From the NCBI RefSeq assembly GCF_001194135.2, contig NC_068996.1:34177415-34226322 (forward strand): 48,908 nucleotides of DNA. Direction: 5' to 3'. This document shows positions 1 to 11,397 of the stretch, piece after piece. A model generated the notes under the pieces. That model did no database searches. It was not told the origin of the DNA and saw only the letters and a list, made by a program, of their open reading frames with translations. The translations under genes were made by a program, and so were the position numbers. Positions within the stretch are counted from its first letter, which is position 1, and each line of letters opens with the position of its first letter. The DNA comes from Octopus bimaculoides (Eukaryota).

Positions 1-965
1 GTAAAAAAATAAATAAAAATATTCAAGGGAAGTAACTGAACGTCTTACCAGTATTATCCGTACTACTCTGTTTATAAATAAATCACACACATGATTTGAT
101 TGACGTTAACTGTTTATATATAAATCATACACGTCATTGAATATCATAGTACCGGCTGAGAGATCGAAAATTCCTCGTGGAAGACCGGCTGCACAACAAC
201 TTATTGTTCCTGAAAATGAAATACTCACTCGTGAATTAATATTAGATGAATATTGGAATATTAGTGAGTTATGCAGCAGTTCAAGACACAAAATGTTGGA
301 ATGTTGTGCGCGCCGTCGGCTTATTAGGAATAAGTTTACCTGCGACGATTGTCTAGTACCATGCGGACTTGTTACACGTGGTGACAGAATTGATGGAAAA
401 GAATGGTACTGTAAACACTGTAAAAAAAAAAAGAAATCTGTTCGTTACAGTTCATTCTTTGAAAAGAGCCATATTCCACTTTACAATCTGGTGTTGCTTA
501 TCTACTGCTGGTGCAAAGAAATAATGCAAAAACACATTGTAGATGAGTGTTCTCTTAGCCAGGGGCATCGGATGAATTATTTTCATCTTATCTGCATGAA
601 TTTCTATGCCGGAATTCAATCCCAAAAGAAAAAAACATTTGTTTATTTTTTGGCTGCCATTGCGGAAGTGTATAATGTTGAGTAGGTGAATTTCTAGAAC
701 TGCATGCTGACCCTTGAATAAATATCTAATAAATAATTGTTGAATTTCATTATCATTTCCATCGACAAAGTTCTCTCCTTCCGTCGCATGCTGTTTTAGA
801 AAAAAAAAAAAAAACACGTGTGTGATTTATTTATAAACAGCTAAAACAAAACGGATAATACTGGTAAGTCATTCAGTTATTTCCCTTGAATATTTTTATT
901 TACTTTTTTACCCCCCTAAACTTGAAGATTACATTAGGGATTTCTTTACGCTTTCAATAATTACC
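1..965 (+). mobile_element. Merlin/IS1595(ISXO2)-like DNA transposon, internally deleted; left end lies outside the window
   Basis: 1-92 is the inverted complement of about 815-911 (long TIR). The right end probably ends at ...ATAATTACC (965). The internal ORF carries the N-terminal and C-terminal motifs of ISXO2-type transposases. Confidence 0.7.
137..685 (+). pseudogene. Merlin-like transposase remnant lacking the DDE catalytic domain
   Basis: The N-terminal zinc-finger-like segment CDDC...DGKEWYCKHC..SVRYSSFFEKSHIPLYNLVLLIYCW is joined directly to C-terminal motifs (YLHEFLCR in a shifted frame; FLAAIAEVY). There is no DDE core between them. Confidence 0.65.
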
Positions 966-1114
966 ACTTAAACATCAATAATATTTTGTAAACTTTATAT
1001 TCATATCCCAAGTAAAGAAACGGAATTAATGAATATTAAGGTGGTGTTCCAGCATGGCTGCAGTCAAATGACTGAAACAAGTAAAAAAAATAATAAAATT
1101 ATATATATATATAT

Positions 1115-1167
<53 letters not shown>

Positions 1168-1330
1168 TTAACGTCCGTTTTCCATGCTGGCATGGATGGG
1201 ATGGTTTGACTGAAAACTGGTTAGCTGCTCCAGGTTCTAATCTGATTTGGTATAATTTCTACAGCTGGATACCCTTCCTAACGTCAACCACTCCAAAAGT
1301 GTGGTGAGTGTTTTGTATCTGTTTCGATCA
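1115..1330 (-). mobile_element. 3' tail of the abundant RTE-type LINE family with (CAT)n microsatellite
   Basis: (ATC)n followed by TTTAACGTCCGTTTTCCATGCTGGCATGG, matching the 3' end of the long RTE copy at 42612. Confidence 0.65.
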
Positions 1331-1339
1331 TTAAACTAT

Positions 1340-1585
1340 GGCCATGCTGGAGCCACTGCCTTGAACTTTTAGGCAAATGAATTGACCCCAGTATTTTNNN
1401 NNNNNNNNNNNNNNNNNNNNNNNNNNNGAGCCACTGCCTTGAACTTTTAGGAAAATGAATTGACCCCAGTATTTTTTTTTAGCCTGCTACTCATTCTCTC
1501 AGCCCTTTTTGCCGAGCTACAACATTATGGGAACACAAACAAACCAACACCAATTGTCAAGTTGGTAGTGCAGGAAAACACAGAC

Positions 1586-1625
<40 letters not shown>

Positions 1626-1790
1626 TGAGCTTCTTTCAGTTTCTGTCTGCCAAATCCACTCACAAGGCTTTGGTCAGCCTGGGGTTATGATAGAAGACAC
1701 TTGCCCAAGGTACCACTCAGCAGGACTGAATCTGGAACCATGTGGATGAGAAGCAAACTTCTTACAACACAACCATGCCAGTATCAAAGC
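1340..1790 (-). mobile_element. SINE (tRNA-like head family), split by an assembly gap
   Basis: Homologous to copies at about 35000-35240, 41170-41330, 41690-41850 and 46940-47200 (GGCCATGCTGGAGC, TTTCAGTTTC..TC..CCAAATCCACTCACAAGGCTTTGG) and to + copies at 38339 and 40615. Confidence 0.6.
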
Positions 1791-1959
1791 AAGAAAAACT
1801 TTTAGTATTATTTGTTCACCATTACACTTGTTTCGTTTCCTAATAGGAGTTGCAAAATTGTACATGTAGAAGGTATCTCCTATCAGAAATTCTTCAGACA
1901 ACCACCTTTAGGCAACTTTTTCCCATTTTATAAGAGTAAAATACCCAATCTTTCTGCTT

Positions 1960-2566
1960 CATCGTCATCATCATCATTTAACGACTGTTTTGGCATGGTT
2001 TTTATGGCTGGATGCCCTTCTTAACACCAACCACTCTAAGAATGTAATGGGTATGTGCCACTGGCACGGGTGTCATTTGTGCGACATCAATATCTGTCAC
2101 AACTGGTTTTACTTGACTTGATGGGTCTTCTCCTCAAGCATAGCATAATGTTAAATGGACTTGGTTATTGCCTCCATGAGACCCACTGCTCAAAGCCTGG
2201 CATAATGCCAAATGGTCTCAGTCCTTGCTTCCATGAAGACCAACACTTGAAAGGTGCTTTGACATGCCACCGGCACAGGTGTCATTTGTATGACACCGGT
2301 ATCTGTCACGACTGCAATTTTACTTGACTTGATGGGTCTTCTTCTGAAGCACAACATAATGCCAAAGGTCTCAGTCATTGCCTCTGTGAGGCCCAACTTT
2401 CGAAAGGAGCACAACCACTTTGCCTCCGTGAGGCTCAACACTTGAAAGGTGCTTTTTACGTACCACCTGCCCAGGTGCTGGTTATGTGACACTAGTATCA
2501 GCCACAACTAGGATTTAATATGGCTTGACGGGTCTTCTCAAGCACAGCATATTGCCAAAGGTCTCG
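1960..2566 (-). mobile_element. RTE-family 3' UTR fragment with internal ~110-bp subrepeats
   Basis: Repeated units ACTTGACTTGATGGGTCTTCT...CAAAGGTCTC, homologous to 17880-18060, 40040-40300 and 43100-43200. Confidence 0.6.
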
Positions 2567-2589
2567 ATACATCCATTTGTTGTTTACAT

Positions 2590-2788
2590 ATGGGAGAATT
2601 TACGAAAACACAATAGACGAAGACAGGTGGTGTAAACAACAAATGGATGTATTAGTTTAACGCTCGGGAATAGAGGAAGTCTTTGACGTTTCGAGCTACG
2701 CTCTTCAACTGAAAGGAACACAGAAAGAAATAAGGAAAGAAACAAGGAGAAAAAAATATAAATGTAGTGGTCAGCGATCTATCATGGC

Positions 2789-2790
<2 letters not shown>
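2590..2790 (-). repeat. Short dispersed repeat (PLE pseudo-LTR-like) containing a degenerate hammerhead-like motif
   Basis: Homologous to 12950-13115 (+), sharing TTCCCGAGCGTyAAACTAATACATC. The motif at 2681-2715 (-) reads CTTT-CAGTTGA-A-GAGCgtaGCTC-GAA-ACGT-C-AAAG. Confidence 0.5.
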
Positions 2791-2833
<43 letters not shown>

Positions 2834-3542
2834 TATATATATACATATATAATAAAACAAAAGCTGGTATATGTGGCACCATTTNNNNNNNNNNNNNNNN
2901 NNNNNNNNNNNNNNNNNNNNNNNNNNNNNNNNNNNNNNNNNNNNNNNNNNNNNNNNNNNNNNNNNNNNNNNNNNNNNNNNNNNNNNNNNNNNNNNNNNNN
3001 NNNNNNNNNNNNNNNNNNNNNNNNNNNNNNNNNNNNNNNNNNNNNNNNNNNNNNNNNNNNNNNNNNNNNNNNNNNNNNNNNNNNNNNNNNNNNNNNNNNN
3101 NNNNNNNNNNNNNNNNNNNNNNNNNNNNNNNNNNNNNNNNNNNNNNNNNNNNNNNNNNNNNNNNNNNNNNNNNNNNNNNNNNNNNNNNNNNNNNNNNNNN
3201 NNNNNNNNNNNNNNNNNNNNNNNNNNNNNNNNNNNNNNNNNNNNNNNNNNNNNNNNNNNNNNNNNNNNNNNNNNNNNNNNNNNNNNNNNNNNNNNNNNNN
3301 NNNNNNNNNNNNNNNNNNNNNNNNNNNNNNNNNNNNNNNNNNNNNNNNNNNNNNNNNNNNNNNNNNNNNNNNNNNNNNNNNNNNNNNNNNNNNNNNNNNN
3401 NNNNNNNNNNNNNNNNNNNNNNNNNNNNNNNNNNNNNNNNNNNNNNNNNNNNNNNNNNNNNNNNNNNNNNNNNNNNNNNNNNNNNNNNNNNNNNNNNNNN
3501 NNNNNNNNNNNNNNNNNNNNNNNNNTATTTTTTTATTTTCAA

Positions 3543-3830
3543 GGTGTATAAATTTTATTTTTGGTGCTGCTGGACTGGCTCCTGTGCAGGTGGCACATGA
3601 AATACACCATTTTGAGCGTGGCCGTAATCAGTACCACCTTGAATGGCCTTCGTGCCGGTGGCACGCAAAAAGCACCCACTACACTCTCGGAGTGGTTGGC
3701 GTTAGGAAGGGCATCAAGCTGTAGAAACTCTACCAAATCAGATTGGAGCCTGATGTAGCCATCTGGTTCGAAGTCCTCAGTCAAATCGTCCAACCCATGC
3801 TAGCACGGAACGCGGACGTTAAACGATGAT
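3543..3830 (+). mobile_element. RTE-family 3' tail, + orientation
   Basis: Near-identical reverse complement of 42620-42870, ending ...CGGACGTTAAACGATGAT. Confidence 0.7.
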
Positions 3831-3964
3831 TTCATTAATTGCATCTATTTAATGGGGATATTATTCTCTATACATCATATGTACAGTATTAGATTTTAAT
3901 GAGTGGTTTCCTCATTTAACACACTCACCGGTAAAATTTCCACTTATTTCTTATTTTTATTTTC

Positions 3965-4001
3965 CTAAAATTTTCGTTGTATCTTGCAATCTTTTCAATA
4001 G
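3965..4001 (-). ncRNA. Minimal type I hammerhead-like motif (U3-A8 core variant) in the PLE 3' region
   Basis: The minus strand reads CTA-TTGAAAA-G-ATTGcaagataCAAC-GAA-AATT-T-TAG. It has a 3-bp stem I, a stem II with one mismatch and a palindromic stem III. Confidence 0.35.
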
Positions 4002-4712
4002 TCTTGACTCTGTCCATTATTTACGCTGCATTCTGTTTTGGCTTTTGTTTGTTTTTGTGCATGTGTGTGTATGTATGCATGCATGTATGCGTGCATGTGT
4101 GTGTATGTATGTCTGTGTGTGTGTATATGTATATATGTATGTGTGTGTATGTATATATGTATGTGTGTGTTTGCATGTATGTATGTATGTATTCTGTATT
4201 TGTGTGGGTTTTTTTTATGTATGTGTGTGCATGTGTAAGGCACAATAAGAAAATGACTCTCCCCAGACAGAACAGAATATGCTTCAACACACGAAATCAC
4301 ATAAAAAAATCTTGCAAACCAAATCCAAAAACGAAATATATATATATAATTATAAGATCTGGTAATTAGTCATATATTAATATATTAATTAATATCGATT
4401 AATTATCAGAGGGCCAGCACATTTAAAGAATCAAAGAGATTCAGAAATATTATCTGCAATCTCAGGGGATTAAGGTACATTTTAAAAATAACGTCGACCA
4501 CTAACGTGGACAATTAATGCGCTAGAAATAGATCACATTTTGTGTCTATTAAGACTTAAAAGGTTCTCAACATGAAATATAGCAGCATACCAAAAACGTG
4601 AGAGGGCAAGACNNNNNNNNNNNNNNNNNNNNNNNNNNNNNNNNNNNNNNNNNNNNNNNNNNNNNNNNNNNNNNNNNNNNNNNNNNNNNNNNNNNNNNNN
4701 NNNNNNNNNNNN

Positions 4713-5263
4713 TCCGTATGACTCTGGTCCATCCACTCCATCTCTCTATAGGGGTCTTCCTAATCATAGAGGTAATTGTTGGTGGTCTACCTCTTAAACG
4801 TCTACTAGGGCAGAAATCTCTAAGGTCGTATCTATCTAGATATACATCGTCATATGTCAATCTAAGTAGGAGGCCCAGTTCTTCTGTGTTGACATTGTGG
4901 AACTCCACTTCGTTCTCGTTGATCATCTCCACGCACTTTTCCACCGCAAAATCCACGTCGATAGATGGGTATAGTGATACCACATCCATGCTACCCACTA
5001 TACACCCCGTTAGGTCGCAGGTGTTACAGTCGTTGATCCTGCTGAGATCTTCCGTGCTGTCACAAACATCAGGTGACATCCGGATTATGGGGCGTATGAT
5101 CATTGAGAGGAAGTAAGAAATCCTGTAGTTGCTAGCAACATTCGCTCCACAGACTGGTTTTGTTGGTGGTCCCACTACAGGATCAGTAGTTACTTTGTGG
5201 TCCTTACAAAGCCCATACAGCGTCGGGATATCGTTGTTCCAGGCTTGGAAATTGTTGGCTATA
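4713..5263 (-). pseudogene. PLE reverse transcriptase fragment
   Basis: Open frame containing LYGLCKDHK / PTKPV / SMDVVSLYPSI RT motifs. It is truncated upstream at the junction with the repeat at 5264. Confidence 0.8.
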
Positions 5264-5593
5264 TAGAAATAATACATTTCTAAATCTCTCAGAGAGACTT
5301 AAGCAGTAGTGATGCGATAAAGTAGTTGTATACTGCCAACTTAACGTGACAGTCCCAATAACATGTCCCTGAATGCAGGCTAGGCTGGGTGGAGGAGTTT
5401 GTATTCCCCTCGCAAACATAAGGGCACAGGAAATGTGTCAAGGCCGACAGGAAGCGGTCCAGCTTCCTAAGGCTAAATAGCAGTAGTATATTCCCTTATT
5501 GGGACTGTCACGTTAAGTTGGCAGTATACAACTACTTTATCGCATCACTACTGCTTAAGTCTCTCTGAGAGATTTAGAAAAGTATTATTTCTA
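5264..5593. repeat. Fold-back: 98-bp inverted arms (5264-5361 / 5496-5593) around a 134-bp spacer, part of the hammerhead repeat
   Basis: The arms are reverse complements with one mismatch (97/98). The spacer and right arm match 11433-11612. Confidence 0.95.
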
Positions 5594-5675
5594 ATTTTTG
5601 TAATCAGTGAATGTGTTTCACTGAAATAATATATGTTTGTGAAGGTTTGACAGACTTTTTCAACCAGCTGGTCGT
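5361..5675 (+). mobile_element. Retrozyme-like monomer, locus 1, portion left of the LINE insertion
   Basis: 5361-5540 matches 11433-11612 (about 12 differences in 180 bp by eye). Joining 5675 to 11398 restores a 350-bp monomer period between hammerhead cleavage sites. Confidence 0.75.
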
Positions 5676-5870
5676 TTTTTCCTTGTGCTCGATAGAATAT
5701 TTTGATTTTTGAATCGACATTTTTGTTGCTGCTACTGTGTGAGTTCGATTCCGTTTGTTTCTTCAGTGTATTATAACTGTAATTTTGTTAACTGTTTGTA
5801 TAACAGCCATTTTCGCCCTACGGGGCTGAAAATTACCTCTAAAAAATTTTTTCTTGTCATTGTGACAAGA

Positions 5871-6746
5871 ATGGCTTCCATGTTGTCAGCTGAAGGCGAC
5901 CTTCCCATGGAGGGAGAACGTATTCAAAAAGGAAAACCAAGTTTCTCACAGGCCGTTGGAGGAAATACCATCGAGTTGAAAGTGGCTAAGGAAAGTCTAT
6001 ATGCATTTAGAAAGTATATTCAGAAGGTGGATGGTGAAACAAAGCTGATTCCACCCCCCGAGACAGTCAACGTATTAAAAGAAAAAATTGTGGTGTATAA
6101 AGTTTATAATGTCACGGAAAGAAAAATCGCAGAGGCTCGTAACGAACTTGTAGAGATGTGTTTGGCACCAATTTGGTCAAAAATTCGCCACATCAACTGG
6201 GGTATAAGAAGTACAACAATTGAAGTTCACTTCAACTCGGCTGAAGTGGCGGGAGAAGTTTCAACAGAAACTTTGAAAAATAAAACAATTATGCTGCTGC
6301 CCACATACATGGGAAAAAGAACGGCACGAGTGACAGTGGAGGATATACCATTTGGATACGACGTGTTGTGGGTAGCAGCAGCTGTAATTTTCGATGTTGA
6401 GGAGAATATCAACATTCTGAGCATGAGGAGAAAAGAAGCAACGAAGTTGGTGAGGGCAGACGCTTGAAATTGTAGTCATAATACCTTCGAAAATTTGCCC
6501 AACAGGGTGTTTGTGGGGGAGGGGCATACTATTCGCGTGTCAGTGGAGGGACGTCGACCCAGATGTTTTAAGTGTGGACAAAAGGGTCACGTTTGCTCGA
6601 CCTGCATAAAAAAGCAAAACACCGCTAAAGCGAGTGACGCCCCTCCTTCGAAAGCGGACGAGGAAAACAAAAAAACAACAACAGTCACTGTTGCAGTTGA
6701 AGGTAAAAAACTGAAGGAAAAAAAAAACAAGAACAAGAAAATGTGA
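5871..6746 (+). pseudogene. LINE ORF1 (gag-like, CCHC zinc knuckle), disrupted
   Basis: ATG at 5871 and a stop at 6465-6467. The downstream VSVEGRRPRCFKCGQKGHVCSTC is CX2CX4HX4C, followed by a basic tail. Confidence 0.75.
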
Positions 6747-7597
6747 GGACGACTGAGAAAATAGTTGCCTAGGAAGAAAGTGAACCAACAGAAATGGAAT
6801 TCACAACAGTTTCAAACAAAAGGAAGAAACAACACACACCANNNNNNNNNNNNNNNNNNNNNNNNNNNNNNNNNNNNNNNNNNNNNNNNNNNNNNNNNNN
6901 NNNNNNNNNNNNNNNNNNNNNNNNNNNNNNNNNNNNNNNNNNNNNNNNNNNNNNNNNNNNNNNNNNNNNNNNNNNNNNNNNNNNNNNNNNNNNNNNNNNN
7001 NNNNNNNNNNNNNNNNNNNNNNNNNNNNNNNNNNNNNNNNNNNNNNNNNNNNNNNNNNNNNNNNNNNNNNNNNNNNNNNNNNNNNNNNNNNNNNNNNNNN
7101 NNNNNNNNNNNNNNNNNNNNNNNNNNNNNNNNNNNNNNNNNNNNNNNNNNNNNNNNNNNNNNNNNNNNNNNNNNNNNNNNNNNNNNNNNNNNNNNNNNNN
7201 NNNNNNNNNNNNNNNNNNNNNNNNNNNNNNNNNNNNNNNNNNNNNNNNNNNNNNNNNNNNNNNNNNNNNNNNNNNNNNNNNNNNNNNNNNNNNNNNNNNN
7301 NNNNNNNNNNNNNNNNNNNNNNNNNNNNNNNNNNNNNNNNNNNNNNNNNNNNNNNNNNNNNNNNNNNNNNNNNNNNNNNNNNNNNNNNNNNNNNNNNNNN
7401 NNNNNNNNNNNNNNNNNNNNNNNNNNNNNNNNNNNNNNNNNNNNNNNNNNNNNNNNNNNNNNNNNNNNNNNNNNNNNNNNNNNNNNNNNCGAGAAAGGGC
7501 CCAGTAGAAGCGGAAGGAGTAGGGGAGGTTGGCAAACAAAAAGTGCCATGCTCCCTCCCACAACCGTAAGTGCTTATTTTTACCTTTATTTTTCCCG

Positions 7598-10500
7598 ATG
7601 ATTAAGTTGGGTAGTTTAAATGTACATGGAATGAGGTCGAAATGGAAACAAGCTTGTTTTCTGCACGACCTCATTTCACATAGAATAGATGTGGCTGTGA
7701 TCACCGAGTCCAAGATGAAGGGACCTGAAGCGTTCTCGCCCCTCCTCAATGGTTACGAGAAATTTATTTCTCCGAGCCGGAGGGGAGGTGCAGGCGTGGC
7801 AGTCCTTATCAGGAAAAACTTGGGCTTACTGATATGTACTGTCTTTCTGGACCCAGAAGGTAGGCTGGTCGTCCTAGATGTAACACATGAAAGTAAGCAG
7901 TCCTTCAGGTTGGTGGCTGCCTATGCTCCTAACGGACAGGGGCAGTCGGGTTTTTTTCAGAACCTGGAGTACTTTTTATTGACGTCTAAAACTGTAGTTT
8001 TGCTAGCGAACTTCAACACTATTCTCAATGCACGCATCGATAGTGTAGGCTCCACCAATAGGAAAGGGAATCCTTACCTCAAGGGTCTACTAGAGAGCTT
8101 TAATCTAGTAGACCGCTACCGACTAGATGAGCCGAGCGTTCCACAGTGGACGTGGAGTAATAACGACGGCTCACACAGATCGTACATAGACAGAATTTTT
8201 GTTAAGGAAAGAGATAAGCATAGCTTTAGCTGTCCACATTTTTGTATTGTGACTTACACAGATCACAAACTTGTGATGTGTGAGGTTCATATAGATAAGT
8301 GTCATAGACAGGGACCTGGGTATTGGAAAATGAACAAGTCTATTTTGGCTTGTAAAACTTTCCATACCCGGATTAAGGAGTTAGTGCAGAGGGCATTATG
8401 TGGCACCATCATTAATAATAGATGGTGGCACGCCCTCAAGAGAGCCATCCGTCTTGAGTCCATTAGATTTAGCAATCAGCTAAGTTTAGATAGAACTAGA
8501 ATAGAGGGTGACTTAGTCAAGAGTCTAGATGAGGCAATGGAATCTGGCTCCGCATCCAGAGTGATGGCGGCGAGAACGGTCTTGTACCGTCACCTCAATG
8601 CCAAACACGAAGGGTGCCGAGTCAGAGCTAAGTTATGTGCTGGGAAACAAGAAGGTATCAACGTAGCCAGATGAGCTTGCCGTGTGGNNNNNNNNNNNNN
8701 NNNNNNNNNNNNNNNNNNNNNNNNNNNNNNNNNNNNNNNNNNNNNNNNNNNNNNNNNNNNNNNNNNNNNNNNNNNNNNNNNNNNNNNNNNNNNNNNNNNN
8801 NNNNNNNNNNNNNNNNNNNNNNNNNNNNNNNNNNNNNNNNNNNNNNNNNNNNNNNNNNNNNNNNNNNNNNNNNNNNNNNNNNNNNNNNNNNNNNNNNNNN
8901 NNNNNNNNNNNNNNNNNNNNNNNNNNNNNNNNNNNNNNNNNNNNNNNNNNNNNNNNNNNNNNNNNNNNNNNNNNNNNNNNNNNNNNNNNNNNNNNNNNNN
9001 NNNNNNNNNNNNNNNNNNNNNNNNNNNNNNNNNNNNNNNNNNNNNNNNNNNNNNNNNNNNNNNNNNNNNNNNNNNNNNNNNNNNNNNNNNNNNNNNNNNN
9101 NNNNNGTTGTGACGCTAATCCAGAAGGACCCAAGCAAGGGGGATAGCATTAGTAATTACAGGCCCATAACTCTACTTAACGTAGAGTTAAAGATTTTGGC
9201 CAAGGTGTTAGCTAAAAGGTTGACGGCTGTCATGGAGAAGCTTGTCGGGAAGGCACAAACCTGTGCAATCCCAGGCAGGTCGATCCAGGACAACCTTCAC
9301 CTTCTCCGCTACACCTTAGACAGGGTTGGGAAATTAGCCGGCAAAGGAGGGGCATTGGTCCACTTAGACCAAAGTAAAGCATTCGATAGGGGAGACCATC
9401 GGTACCTGGAGGCCATCCTCGAAGCAGCTGGGATAGGCCCGGGCTTTCGCGAGTGGATCTCTGCTATGTACAGCAGCATCAAGTCCACCGTCCAGATAAA
9501 CGGTTACCTAACGGAACCGTTTTCAATCAAGCGGTCTGTTCGCCAAGGGTGTCCCTTGTCTCCGGTCCTGTATGTTTTAGCCCTGCAGAGGCTGGAGAAG
9601 TTAGGCAGCAACCCTAATGAGATTGGATGCGGTAAGTTCACTTCTGCTTATGCTGACGACGTCACTCTCATCGTGTCTAAAGAAGCACAACTACTTCATG
9701 TAGAAGATGCTCTCCGAAGATACGAAGTGGTGGCAGGAGCAAAAGTTAACAAAGACAAGTTCATCNNNNNNNNNNNNNNNNNNNNNNNNNNNNNNNNNNN
9801 NNNNNNNNNNNNNNNNNNNNNNNNNNNNNNNNNNNNNNNNNNNNNNNNNNNNNNNNNNNNNNNNNNNNNNNNNNNNNNNNNNNNNNNNNNNNNNNNNNNN
9901 NNNNNNNNNNNNNNNNNNNNNNNNNNNNNNNNNNNNNNNNNNNNNNNNNNNNNNNNNNNNNNNNNNNNNNNNNNNNNNNNNNNNNNNNNNNNNNNNNNNN
10001 NNNNNNNNNNNNNNNNNNNNNNNNNNNNNNNNNNNNNNNNNNNNNNNNNNNNNNNNNNNNNNNNNNNNNNNNNNNNNNNNNNNNNNNNNNNNNNNNNNNN
10101 NNNNNNNNNNNNNNNNNNNNNNNNNNNNNNNNNNNNNNNNNNNNNNNNNNNNNNNNNNNNNNNNNNNNNNNNNNNNNNNNNNNNNNNNNNNNNNNNNNNN
10201 NNNNNNNNNNNNNNNNNNNNNNNNNNNNNNNNNNNNNNNNNNNNNNNNNNNNNNNNNNNNNNNNNNNNNNNNNNNNNNNNNNNNNNNNNNNNNNNNNNNN
10301 NNNNNNNNNNNNNNNNNNNNNNNNNNNNNNNNNNNNNNNNNNNNNNNNNNNNNNNNNNNNNNNNNNNNNNNNNNNNNNNNNNNNNNNNNNNNNNNNNNNN
10401 NNNNNNNNNNNNNNNNNNNNNNNNNNNNNNNNNNNNNNNNNNNNNNNNNNNNNNNNNNNNNNNNNNNNNNNNNNNNNNNNNNNNNNNNNNNNNNNNNNNN

Positions 10501-11001
10501 NNNNNNNNNNNNNNNNNNNNNNNNNNNNNNNNNNNNNNNNNNNNNNNNNNNNNNNNNNNNNNNNNNNNNNNNNNNNNNNNNNNNNNNNNNNNNNNNNNNN
10601 NNNNNNNNNNNNNNNNNNNNNNNNNNNNNNNNNNNNNNNNNNNNNNNNNNNNNNNNNNNNNNNNNNNNNNTGATAATTTATGTAGAACATATGTTGTCGC
10701 ATCTGGGACGAGTACAGCTGTCGGCTGAGTCTATGATAAAGATGATACCGCCAACTGGACTCTCAAAGGAAGGTGAGGCTAGTTTTTCTGTACGGTAGCA
10801 GTGTTGAAAGAGTGTATATGGAGGACAAGAATAGAAGGTTTTGTGACAGGGTCCTACATATCCGGCCCTGGATTGCTGACTTACTTCAAATACCATCTGA
10901 AGAGCAAGATAGGGCTGGAAAAGAGGACCCTGTCAGCTAGAGTATATGAACAGAGATGGAAGGAAGTGGTGAAAAAGGTGGGTGTGAGTCTCCCAAACTA
11001 A
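7598..11001 (+). pseudogene. LINE ORF2 (apurinic-like endonuclease + reverse transcriptase), Tx1-like; gaps and stops
   Basis: APE motifs LNVHG, ITE, YAP, SYIDRIF, TDH and the GPGYWKMN linker. RT motifs YRPITLLN, LDQSKAFD, RQGCPLSP and YADD (9106-9765). TGA at 8672. Confidence 0.9.
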
Positions 11002-11397
11002 TCATCGGGGAAATAAAAGGCGAGCTGCTGGGCCTTATAGGCTGCCAGGTTGAAGAATCAATCGTTTTATTATAAAATATATATATATGTGTGAATGTGT
11101 ATGTGTGTGTGTATGTATATGGGTGTATATATATATGTGTATATATATGTATATATATATGTGTGTGTGTGTGTGTATGTATGTATATGTATGTCTGTAT
11201 ATTTAAAAGGAAAAAAAAAGGGAGAAAAAAAGTCAACGAAGATATGAACTTTAAATTTTGATATATATAAAGACAATCGTTAATTTTTAAAAAACATCGA
11301 ACTCATGCATTTTGTATATTTGTTTGTCCTGTATTGTACCCATTTCTATATTTGATCCATAGTGATCCTAATAAAAATTTTTCAACCAGCTGGTCGT

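Larger units (their letters stand above)
3830..5263 (-). mobile_element. Penelope-like element (PLE), 5'-truncated: RT fragment, putative C-terminus and 3' pseudo-LTR region
   Basis: ORF motifs IPTLYGLCKDHK, PPTKPVCGA, CDSTEDL and GSMDVVSLYPSI are typical of PLE RTs. A 100-N gap hides the middle. A hammerhead-like motif lies downstream on the same strand (3965-4001). Confidence 0.7.
5676..11377 (+). mobile_element. Full-length-size Tx1/L1-group LINE (5.7 kb) with a 20-bp target-site duplication
   Basis: Perfect direct repeat TTTTTCAACCAGCTGGTCGT at 5656-5675 and 11378-11397. It contains ORF1 with a zinc knuckle and ORF2 with APE and RT, and its 3' end finishes in AATAAAAA. Confidence 0.85.

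Noticed and set aside
3977-4369. Overlapping ORFs rich in CVCVY/HTHTY (also 10937-11276, 12896-13282, 25446-25792)
   Set aside because: Translations of (TG)n/(TA)n microsatellites.
5264-5593. Interpretation of the fold-back as an ordinary MITE with TIRs
   Set aside because: The right arm and spacer continue seamlessly into a tandem monomer that recurs at 11433 and at locus 2. The inversion is one-sided and is not a TIR pair with a TSD.
2652-10798. Long ORFs in the supplied track dominated by X
   Set aside because: They are artefacts of translating N gaps. Only the flanking LINE ORF segments are real.
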